From Puccinia triticina (taxonomy: Eukaryota), in assembly GCA_026914245.1 (NCBI GenBank), contig CP110439.1, positions 3,782,001 to 3,846,000 of the forward strand: a DNA stretch of 64,000 bases, written 5' to 3'. Below the pieces are notes generated by a model. The model saw only the letters and a program-made list of their open reading frames with translations, did not search any database and was not told the DNA's origin. Below are positions 24,748 to 36,400 of the stretch, in pieces; the first letter of the stretch is position 1; the number at the start of each line of letters is the position of its first letter. The position numbers and the translations under genes were made by a program.

Positions 24748-25321
24748 GATTTTCTGGCGGGTGGGATAGGAGTAGACAAGGTGATGATGCGACCAGCAAT
24801 CGGTGAAGCGGACCGAGAGAGGAGCTAGGGCTTCGAGTCCACTTGGTCTCAATGAGCAGGCTGCAATAGAGTGGATCGAGCGATTCGGGGGGTCCTCTTG
24901 TGTGATTGATTGACGACATGCAGGAGGTAAGCTGTTGTGTTCAAGAGCGGAGTCGTTTCTCTGCAGAATATGAGAGGGTGATGGAACCAGTCGTTGGAGG
25001 GGATTTCAGCGCTCTGAGATGTTATCTGCGCTGGAGGATCAAGAATGACTGAGAGACTGATAAATCTCTTACCATTGAAGCAGGGCGATCACTGAGGCAG
25101 CTATTATTGTCTTGATCCATGAAAAGAGCGCCTGGTTTAATCGCTGGATGACCGTTCGCGTGGTTGAGCCGATTGAAGCGGAAGTGGAATGGGTGAGGCA
25201 GTGGTATTCAGGATTTGTTGGAGCTTGAGGTGTAGAAGGTTTCTGGCGACTGGCTAGAGGTGATATTTGGGATGCAATAGCGAGCTGGTCAGTTTTTCAG
25301 CTGTAGAGATTGTTAAGAGCT

Positions 25322-25376
25322 AGTTCGTTCGTTTGTTCGTTTGTTTGGTCGTTTGTTTGTTTGGTTGTTCGTTTGC
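25322..25376. repeat. Imperfect (GTTT/GTTC)n microsatellite
   Basis: gttcgttcgtttgttcgtttgtttggtcgtttgtttgtttgg read directly. Confidence 0.85.
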
Positions 25377-28300
25377 TGAGCCACCGACAGGCACGAGATA
25401 CCTTCCGCAAGAGCAGCGCCGAGGAGCGAAACATTTCAAATGATGGGTGCGCAAGGGGGGACTGATGATGTAAGCCAACCAGTGCGAGAGTCCGAAGGCA
25501 GACAAGTGTCTGCAAAAACTCTACAGCAAGAAAACCAACAAGCACTCATAATTTCAAATCATGTATCAATCAAAATAGTCTCAGTTTGAAATAACGAAAC
25601 AAGCTTATAATGCCTAATATGATTTTGGCGCAACAATTGATGCAGAGATTCCACCTGACCAATAGAGTTGCTGTAGCTGGGTACATATTTCTGTAGGTAC
25701 ATTGAGAGGTGGTAATATGAATCTGTGAAGATGTACATCGATGAGGAGCTTTTAAATTGACAAATGAGAAGTCAAAACATTGACCAGCTGTGAATATCAT
25801 GCAGCACCTTCAGTAATGTAACTGGGGTTTTCAATTGAGGTACAAATGTATGGGAGAAGGCGATATGCCGGCACCAAACTATGTGGACCCAAACAGATTA
25901 ATGCAATATTGCGTGTAGAAGTAAGACATGTGACATGATTTTTGAAGATGTCTCTCATGGTAAAATATCAAATGTGGTTGATGTGACAAATCTTCCTCTG
26001 TGTATTGTGGAAAATTTGATTCAGAGTTTACTGGCAGCGAAATGAAGCTTACAGACTGGTCATGAAGCTATAAATACTCCTGAACAGACTATGTTTGAAA
26101 TCAGAGATTGATTTGAAAAATATTAAATCATGGGTAGGCATATGAGAGAATTAAAACTCTGAGTACATTGTAACTTGCAGGGGAGGAAGAATCATCATCT
26201 GAGTATTCCAAGTAGTAAATTGGATTTCCCCTCTCACACCAAAGTTGTGTCATGTGGAGATGTGTATACCCATGATCCAGTCTGCGCATGCGTTATTCTT
26301 GAAATAATCAGAGATAAGGAAAACACAAAGCATCCCCCTCATGTACATGTGTACATGATGGGGACATCCAAAAATGCAGGAAGAGGAAAGTCAAGCCGGT
26401 GGCATGGAAATTGAGATCACCTCCAACTTTGGATGACCCTCCAATATCTTTCTTTGTTCAGATTGAATGGGTAGTGATTGGAGCGGGTGAGTTTTGGGGG
26501 ATTTGACTTGGATTATAGGAGTTGTTGGAGTGGTCGAACACAATGATAACATGTATAATCCATCAGGTATAATATCAGGAATTGCAGTTGTCAAGATCAA
26601 TTTGACACACCGCCACACAAATATCATGTATGTTGCTGTGCCAGCCCCACCACAGAAGGCATTTCTTGCCCACCAGTCCTTCTTTGCCTAGTTTTCACGT
26701 ACAACAAAATATAAAATGCTGAAAACTTTGGTCAAATCCTTCTTAGACACAACCATTTCGCAAAGCATTCATGGTGATATGATTAGTTTTAATGGTGTAC
26801 ACGCTCATATTCTCAAGGATTTTGCAGGCTAGGGTTTCTTCACAACAAATGAGAATGTATAATATATAAATCTTTGTAAAAAAAACAGACTGGACATCAT
26901 CCCACCATCCACAACACGAATCCTCCTTTCTGTAACTCTGGTCCTGCCACAAAATTCTCCTTTCCTGACTATCAAATCCCAAAACAACAATTGGATTGCA
27001 ATGTATCAACATGGGAGAACCGGATGCAATGGAGGGAATACATATGGGGGGAAGGGTGGCTATCATAAGGAACTATTTAAGGGGTGATAACCAGTGAAAA
27101 CAAATCATATCATGTATTTGTCTTTGGTATAGACACTAGCTGAATTGAGGTTCTTCATTTTCCTATTAATTAGAGCTGTGTGGCAGGAAAAGAATTACGG
27201 ATCCTGTCTCATTTTCCATCACCAATCAGCCCTCACCAATTCGGTTGGTTGGTGATCTGCAACTGAATGACCTTCACCATGCCAGGTTAAAGCTGGAAGA
27301 CCGGTTGCAATGAAGGGATCAATTTTCCTGGTAGAATGTACCAGCTTCTTAACTTCCAGGTATGTCTCAAATTCTGAAGCTATGATCATCAACAGATGGT
27401 GCCACTGGGCCCTCAGGATACTTACTGGTGTAATATTTTATGAGGTCTGTGATATCAACAAACTACCCAGGAATGCAGGACACAACTACAATCTCTGGGA
27501 GAGACCAAATTGGTGTTTTAGATTAGAATCCAACAACCGCTACTAATGTAAGAAGATCCAGATTGCTATGGCTGCATTAGTTTTTATACATATCTTATGG
27601 AATAACAAGTCACATTTTCATATGGTGTCCAGGTGTGATAGTACCCAGGTAGTCTCTTCTTAACAAATATGACAATTGAATTACGGGCAGTAAGTCTCAA
27701 TTTGGCTGTTACAGGTTTCAATGCAAAACAAGATGAGGGGAACAAGAGTAATGGGATCCGGGTCAGAACATAAGTCAGATTGCATTTCTAGAACTTCCAC
27801 ATTGCAGCTTGTGTTGTACATACCAGCTCAGCCGGTGAGGTTTGAAGAGACAATTCTGAACATGAGGTCAAGCTTCTGGTAATTTATTGGAGATGACCTA
27901 TTGGAAATGGGTGGTGGCTTTGTTAATATGATTAAACACGATTGCTACCAACCTTACAGTCTGGGACCTGGGCGTGAGGAAAAATTTGGTGATGGGAGGG
28001 ATTTTGTGCGATGGGCCACTACCATGTACGCGCGTACATGGCAGTGGACACTGCATGATATGTATGCATGAAACCCACTCAAAGGATAACCACAAAGATA
28101 CGTAATGTCACATCCAAATAAGCAGGTTAAAGCCTACACATAACAAAGGGTATCCTGCACATAAAGACAAACAAATCCAAACCGGGAATGCGGTGTTGGG
28201 AACAAAATTTGTGGGAATTTCAAATTGCTCCAATTGAAACTGCAGAACAAAGAGGTAAGTTGAATTGAACTTCTCAAAATTGATAACCCTTTATTACTGG

Positions 28301-28528
28301 AATGAGATAATGTGGGGAAGGAAAGAGAACAACTCTTTTGCCTTTGTGGGGGGAAATTCCAAACCAAAGTCTGTTGCCCTCCCACACTCTAGGAAGGGTG
28401 AGTATTGCTGATTAAATAGGCAAGCTTGAATGCTTGTTGCGTCCGTTTTGTCCCATTCCCTCCCCAGAACTCTGCAGTTCCGAATCAAAACTCAACTTAC
28501 CATATTTTCAAACTATCAAGAAATCATA

Positions 28529-29301
28529 ATGATTGAGATTGCTGCCAATTTAGTTCTTTCAAATATGCGTAGTATACAAATGGTTGGAGATGAGATACGC
28601 CTGGTAACCCCTATTGCATCATATGATCTGCCCCCATCATTCACTGGCTATCAAGAATATCATGTTGTGCTCCAATCACCTCATCCTAATATTCCAGCAA
28701 ACTTCTACGATAGTCTCAGCCAAATCTTCCTTTGCGGAAAATTAGCCTTGTGTCCCCTATCCAACCAACCAACCATTACTGTAGAGAACCTCAATTGGTA
28801 CATTCACCATGGTGAACTTCCCAACTTATATCAATACGAAAACGCGCAGGTCTTTGGGATGGCTCGAGTTGTGAAGGTCCACTGGCATCCGATTCATGAG
28901 AGGGTCTCTCGTCTTGAAGTGATTGACAAAACCATGAAGCAGGTATGCAATTCAACTCCAGAGACTCAACACTTAATTTAGTAGTTTTTTGAATCCCCAT
29001 TATCTGATGCTTGAGTGTGATCCATGAAATTGCTGACCCTCCCCATGTGCAGTCTCAATCCAGTTGAATCAATATGTGTTCACTCAATTCCGAGGTGCTC
29101 AAAAACTTTCAAGACCTTAAACATGGAGATTCTATTAGATTTGCCGGCAATGCAGCTCGAGTTCCAAGTGTCCGCTATGGACTTCTTTCTGTTGGTGTGA
29201 GTGCCCCTCCGTGCAATGAAGACTGATTCATACAGCATGCACTTATTGGTTGTGTGGGTTTATTTTATGTTAGGTTGAGCGTGTTGTGAAACTTCATTGA
29301 T
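28529..29301 (+). pseudogene. Small 3-exon cargo gene, beta-rich and possibly OB-fold-like, with an in-frame TGA in exon 2
   Basis: ORF MIEIAANLVL...TMKQ with donor gtatgc at 28943. Exon 2 from 29053 reads SQSS*INMC...LKHGDSIRFAGN, followed by donor gtgagt. The fold assignment is a guess. Confidence 0.45.
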
Positions 29302-29954
29302 TGGAGGTCACTCCGTACTGCTTGAGGAGTAATCCCAAGACGAGGTACACACTGGAAGCAAAACATTGGAAGGCACCCCGAACCACAAGAAGGAAATTCA
29401 ACAAGAAAGTTCACCTCCGCCAAACCTGAGGATTAACGTTTCCTTTCATTTTGCTCACGGATGACTACTTATACCCCATGCTTAAACAAACGAATGAATG
29501 AACACTGTTATACAATTGAAAGATTTGTCCCGCGCCCTATGATGAGAAACTACGCTCAAGGAATGCTGCAATGCTAACTGAGGCATGGGGCAGCAATACC
29601 CAATGTGTGAGGTGAAAGTTTTTTTGCGTGTTTGAGAGTTTGACATGCTCCAGTGTTAGAAAAACACAAGATCACATGTCAGGGAGAATCCAAGAGACTG
29701 TATTTACAAAAGCAATAGAATGCGGTAAAGTTCCAATTTTGAGTGCTTCAAGTTCGGAGGTGTTACTTGGAAACATCTGAGGCCAGGTGAAACAGTTGAG
29801 TAAAGGCTCAGTATCTGGAAACCTACATTTGGTTTATAAAACATCAAATCACAAAAGGAATACAGAAAGATAAGTACGATTTGATTTAGAGGAGGGCAGA
29901 TAGTAATAAACTTCAGCTTATTTACTTATGTATATATGTACAAGCTTCAAGAAT

Positions 29955-32514
29955 TTAACTATCTTCTATTTGACGAGAAGCATGGGGAATAAGGAATGGC
30001 GAAGTGGGCTGGCATTCTGCCCAATGGCTGAGAAAATCAAGAGTGATGGCCTCAGCAATCTCATGGCGAGTTGGGGTCTTCTCCATGTGGGAGATTTTGT
30101 TGGGCAGGCGGAAGACAGGCGCAAATATTTGAACAATATATGCTGAGAGTTTTTTCCAGATGGGTTCTTTGGGTGTGTGAGATGAGGTTGAGTATTGCTT
30201 AACCACTGCCATCGCCTGGGTGAATTCCATGCAATCAGAGACAACAGCATGGCGGTGGTTCTTGGACGCTAGAAAAAGACCGTGAACACCACCAAGGATG
30301 AAAGATATCAAAGGCTGGTAGTTTTGTCGACGCTGGTATGACTGGAGTTTGCGAGTCAATTCATCCCGAAGCTTGGCCAATTCTGATGATTCTGGGTTAA
30401 TCTGGGTGAGAGCATTGGATGATTTACGAGTAGCAGCGCGGTTCCGTTTATTGGCTTTTTTCTGGACTTCCGTCTGTGGTGGCTCGCTGAGTGCATGCGT
30501 TTGGAAGATGACGTATGCTGAGAGAACGTCAAGAATGAGATTTAAGAACTCATGGAGAACATCAGAAGAGTGAGATCTCTGAGGGATTTGAGCATCCAAA
30601 TTGGGATCTTCTTCGACAGACTCAAAGGTGGAGTTGCAATTTTTGATGGCCTCGATGTATTGAAGTACTTGCACACCTTGTATGATTTGATCGTTACTCT
30701 CGTGGGTGGTTGGGACGGGTGGCTTGTACAAATTATCGGCCATGATCTCAACAGATGCTGCAACAAGCTTGGCCCACTCAGCAATCGAGGATTTGGTAGG
30801 GTGTGCAAGTCGATAGAGGAAACAAACTAGGGTTGATTCTGAATGTGGTGTCTTGGCAGCGGTAGAGATGAAAGCTTGGGGCGGAAGGGGTTTGTCTTTG
30901 TTTCCAAATGTGGCTAGCAGGGGGAAGTCGATGATGTCCGGACAGTACCACTGTTCATTGTGTGATGGTGATAAGAAGCTGTTGGCTAAAGAGAGGGCAG
31001 TAATAACCTAATTGTTAGTTATTCTGTGTTTGGCAGGAGTGATAAAAATCTAAGAATCAACACTTACCCAGGGAGCTGATTGTTTTAATCCAGGATGCAT
31101 ATGAGCATGCCGTGCGTTGAAAGTGGAATTCAGGTTTTGGAGGAGCCGAAGTTCGCATGGAATGTACGCGAAATTGAACAAGAGAGGTGAGGGAAGCCCA
31201 GGTTGTTTGGTACCTCTGCCAAGATGGTTTCGATCCCTCAAAATCTTGGTGAATATGAACAACTTTGATTCGCACATCAACAGACTTGAGGATTGTCAGT
31301 GGACAAACAGGCACCTGACGAGCCAGATCGGAACGGTTTTCCGTCGATGTTCCACCAGAGGTTGGATTTGGTTGTCCTGAAGAGGTATCTGGACCACTGG
31401 CGGGAGGTGGAGCATCTGAATTCTTTGGCAAAGGTTCGGGTGCTCCTGTCGGTTCCTGTCGGGATGGGTCGACAGCAGCTGCTGAATTATTGTTTGAGAC
31501 GCCTGGTTGTCCATTGATGGTCTCAGTGGCAGCTGATGGGTGGAACTCAGGTGCAATCGGATTTTCTTGATTATCAGTAGCCGAGTGCTGATCCATAGTT
31601 GGGACTTGTGATTGGCCAAGTGGAGTGGGCAAAGCCTGTGCAGGATTAGTGGAGGTGTCCTGTGATCTGTGAGGCTCGGAAGTATTGATGGTCGGAACAG
31701 GTGCCTCGAGTGAGCCCACTGAGGTCTCAATGGTCGGATTTTTCGTGAGAGCATTTTGCGCGATGGGATTCTGAGGTTGGGCTGATGCAGTCAGCGGATT
31801 TGCTGGCTTTGAGGGGTTAGACTCTGTTGTGTTTGTCGCATTCTTGGCCAACAGGTCCACTGGCCGAGACGAGCCAGCTTTCTTTGCTTGTTTCTTGGGA
31901 GGCTTGCTAGATCCAGTTTAAATTCGCGGTGAGGTGGAGCTGGGTTTAACTGGTTCGATCTTGATGGCTTCCTCATCGGGAATTTCTCCGGTTTCCTCCC
32001 AGGCTTGGAAAAAGATTCAGGTATAAATGCAATGCAGCCTTGGAATGGGATAGAGGAATCTTAAAAACCACTGGACTCACTGCGTTTTGTGCTGGTAATG
32101 GTATTAGCAAGGACATCGACTAGATTTTTCCAGCTTCGGGGGAGCTTGAGGTTTCTGAGGCCTTGTGCAGCTTGTTCAGCAACTTGAATCGTCTGTCCGA
32201 ACTCCTCTGCTGTTATTTGCTGGATTTCATTATCGAGGATGGGTTCAGTCGGATTAAGAGGAAGAGGACCACCGGGATCACTTTTGCTAATAGCAAACTC
32301 CTCAAAAGTTGGTGCTGGTAAGGTCTGGGATGGAAAGTTGGCTTCGAGCACCTGACGACCTAGAGGAAGATGTCCAAGGTGAGAAACAGGCTAGAGGTCA
32401 TCATCAGAATCATTCAATTAACATGCTTGGTGGGGGAGTAGAAGGGTCTGATGGGATGGGTGGTTGCACAGATGTTGATTCCTGGGGAGGGGGTGGCGCA
32501 ATACTAGAATCCAT
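29955..32514 (-). CDS. Hypothetical multi-exon cargo protein (Pro/Ser/Thr-rich N-terminus, helical C-terminus), possibly frameshifted
   Basis: Consecutive minus-strand ORFs 32410-32709, 32061-32351, 31057-31860 and 29955-30743 with GT-AG junctions. No recognizable domain. Confidence 0.55.
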
Positions 32515-33435
32515 CTCTGCCTTGTTAAGAGTAAGTGATATGGCCGGTAGAATTTCGGGATGTTGTTGAGAATGAAGAGAAATAATTGGTTGGTGAGTGA
32601 GGGGTGGGATCAAAGTACGGAGGGAAAGCAGCCTCTTATATATTGACGAGTTTTGTTCCAGAATGATCCCCTTGTGAATTTTTTTTTTGCTCAGCCTTTG
32701 TCCACCCACAATCCACCTTTGTCAAGAGATTAGCTGACAGATCTGTTTGGTATAATTGAAATCAAACAAAGCATGATTTTAGCTTCGAAAATAGATTCAT
32801 CATGCTGTAATCTGTAGAGTTCGTCATCTCCCAATGCGCGGTTTGTGTAGCAGCTCATTTGTAGGCTTGAATTATGTCCATGATTTAGGCATCAGCACGC
32901 TTTGATCTCAAAATACATTGTTTGAAAATGCTAGTCGGATGATCCACAGATCTCCTCAGATCTGGCAGGATGATCATAATCACAGCATGATGAACAAAAA
33001 AAAAGGAATTTGAATGAGGCAGGTCCATCCTTCTGCACAAGTCAACTTGAAAGCTTTCTGAATTATGTGCAAACTGATGTACGCGCGTACATTCCAGTGG
33101 ACATCAGAGACAGTTCAGGTCAAGTTGCCCGGTGCAAGTGAATGAGTATACGGGAAGCCATCTCAGTTGATGACAGCTGTGAGCAGGATCAGAGCCCCCC
33201 CATGTACGCGCGTACATTAGAGGGACATCTCAGGATAAAACTCAGTGGTCCATCTCTGATGTGTAATTGACAAACAAGTGAACCCACGGTTAGAGTATAA
33301 TTTGGTACACGTAAGTCTGGAGAACACAACAGTGGCAGAAACATGAAAAATTTCGAGGAACATCAATAGGCAAATTGATATGAGAACACATGAGAAAATG
33401 GCATAAAGCTAATCAACATTCATCCTCCCTCCCGC

Positions 33436-36400
33436 TGTGGAACTACTCTTGGGATGAATAGAGCTGGAGAGGGAATGGTGCTTTAATGGGCTGCCTCTCT
33501 GGGAACAAGAAAAAGAATATAAGAGTGTGGACTCTTATGGAAAGGTGTGGCTATAGAGGATTCTTGAGGTTTGTCTAAGGGTTTACTTTCTACTAATCTA
33601 ATAGCAAGTTAAAGGTAATGTAAAGTCTGTCCAACCTGATATATTTGGCATAGACTTATCAAGCTTGTCCACTCTGATTTAATGGCATAAGCTAGGCTAG
33701 TGAATGGTGACCAGTGATCTGAATTACTTTGACAGGATCTGATGGGGAATAAATGAAGAGGAAAACAACCCAGTTTATATACACAAGAAAGAGGAGCCAT
33801 GAGGAAACAAGGATAACCTGCAGGGAAGCATAGAACATTCTACTTCTATAGGATGAAACAGCCATGTGGTCAGAGTAGTGGTTCAAGGAGTCACATGATG
33901 GTGTAATAGTGGGTGGGGATGATGCCATCTTCTGGGGGCTATGGTGCAATCTTCCTAGTTGGAGGAGGGGATATGTGAGACATAAAAGGGGTAGAATATT
34001 CTATGATCTAAGATAGGAGGAGTTATGAGTTTCAGGAAGTGTTTCAGGAAGAAGTAATCTAAGGATCTAAGATAGGAGGAGTCAGGTGTTTCATGAAGTG
34101 TTTCAGGAAGTAATAATCTAGGTGGGGTTTGGGGCTATGTCTAGCATAATGTGTATCATGTTGGGTTTGGAGGGTGAAGGGTTTCAAGGGTGCTTATACA
34201 TCTTTGAGCACATGGTTCTAAGGAAACACTAGAAGAAGGGGGTAAAATGTGATCTGGGTAGATGTTTGAGACTAGGAAGAGGGTTTATCCAAGAGAGGGG
34301 GAGTGTGGGAAGAGGGAATACTATTATCCAGGGTATGTCCATTGAGTGGGGATGTTGAGGGGCTTGGGCTTTGCTGACAAGGGGGCCAGAGGTATGGGAT
34401 TTATTCTTGAGGTGTGACAGCATTGTGATTGATGGTTGCTGGTTTTCTGGGTAGATCAGGATTGGCTTACCACATCCACCCCCAAATTAGATGATGTCCC
34501 CATCATCCAGAAAAAAAGAAAAGAGGCCAATCCTGAAGAGAGAAGAAAAGCTAGCCTATGACAGAGGAACAAGGAAGAGATGACCTGAAGTGAAAAAGAA
34601 ACTATGTTTTGTAGATTTTATAAAGCCTAAAAAGTGAAATTGAGGATGAGAAACATTTTATGTGGAGGCTGAGGGGGAGACTTCTTTAGTTTTTTTTCAT
34701 CTTCACAATTTTTCCTATATGTGAACTTGAATTTGAGGGGAGAGGTTATGAGAGGAAAAGGAAGGCTATTGGCTTGCCACCCCCAAATTGGGTGAACTTG
34801 AGTTGGGGTGTGAAGATCTAATCTAAAAAAAAACAGAGAGAAGGGACTGCTCTCTTGGGGAAATGGGGAAACAACAGCAGCCACCCCCAAATTGGGTGAT
34901 TGTGACTAGGTTACAGGGTTTTAGGAGATTCTGGCTAGTAAGTATAGTCCATGTCCCTTGTTTGTTTGTTCTTTTTGTCTAGATATGAAAGCTCCTAGAG
35001 CTTTACCAACACCAAGATGAGACATGCCCTTCAACCTATGGAACTTGAAGTTAGCAAGGATCCAAATATTCCATAGATTAATTTTTTGGATTTTTGGAAG
35101 GGGAGTTGGGGAAAACCAAGGTACTGGGAGTTTATGCTGAATACTGGTTGACTTGATTATTTGCTTTAGGAATTTCAGAAAAAATTGAGCTCCAGGATCC
35201 TTTTGGCTTCTGTCAGGGGGTTTGAAGAGTGGATATTCAAGGTTATTAGGGATAAACTGGTGATTTGGAAGAGAATGTGATTCCTGTGGATTATTTGTTA
35301 GAGAGGCTGATTCCAATTTTCTTTCTGTGGGTTTACCAGGGTCTTTGTGAAAAAAATTTCTTCCCAAACTACAAATGGAGGCTGAGTGGGGAATGGAGGT
35401 TTCATCAAATAGGAATAAATTTGCACCATGATCATTTGAGGAAGGCAAGTTTGGCTGGGAATAATTTTCTTCAAAAAAAGGTAGACCAAATTTCAATGTG
35501 GGTTTTCCTACTAAATCCAAGGTTGATCTCTTTGTGATGAAGGCTGATGAAGATATTTTGTCTATAAGTTTACCAGGATCCTTCTGGAAAATGCAGGTCT
35601 CTAATTTGGCTGAGGATTGGTTGGAAAGATGAATGGGCTCAAAATTCTGAGTGAAAAGTAATGGGAATTGTTCCAAGGAAGAGTCTATTTTACTATCTAT
35701 AAAATTTGCCTGGGCTCCAAGAATATCCAAGGGTAGTGGACTTGAATGGAAAGAATTTTCTAGAAAGAAGGATTGGCAACATCCAAGGGTGGGTTCTTTT
35801 GAGGTTTTCTTTTCTTCAGATGTAGCTTCAATGGTTGAGTCATGCTTGGGTGAGTGAGTTTCTTCTGGGGGAAAATTTTGGTTGATATTTTCTGTAGCCT
35901 CTTCTTCAGTTAATTCCAATTTAGTTTCAAAGGCAAATAGAGTATCTGGAGGTTCTTTAACTATCAAGTTTGGTGAGAGAATCTCAGGGATAGAAGTTTC
36001 TTCATTGGTTCCACTGGCTGATCCTAATTGCTCTGCTCTTGTGTTGTCCAATTTTTCTGAGGTTCCAAGATTTCCAAAGTCCTGGGATGTGATTTTTGAC
36101 AAGAAAGGTGTCATAAGTCTAACTGGGGAGCTGTCTTCATCTTCCAGGTCTTCACTATTGACTTTGATCTTCAGCATTGAATCCAAGGGTAATCTTCTAG
36201 AACTGATCATCAAGGCTTCCAAATCTTGGTTTATGTGCTCTATTATTCCAAAGGATACCTGAGGTTCCAGGTTACTTGCTTGTGCATTTGGGTTGGGAGT
36301 TCCAGAGAATATGGGTCCGGGGGGTAAGTTGAGTACTCCTGGCTGCTTTCTGTTTTGGTGGTACTGATCCACTGCTATTTTGTAAGCTCTATTTCTGTCC

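Noticed and set aside
33609..34423. Short ORFs duplicated at 38421-39334
   Set aside because: They are incidental ORFs inside the two LTR copies.
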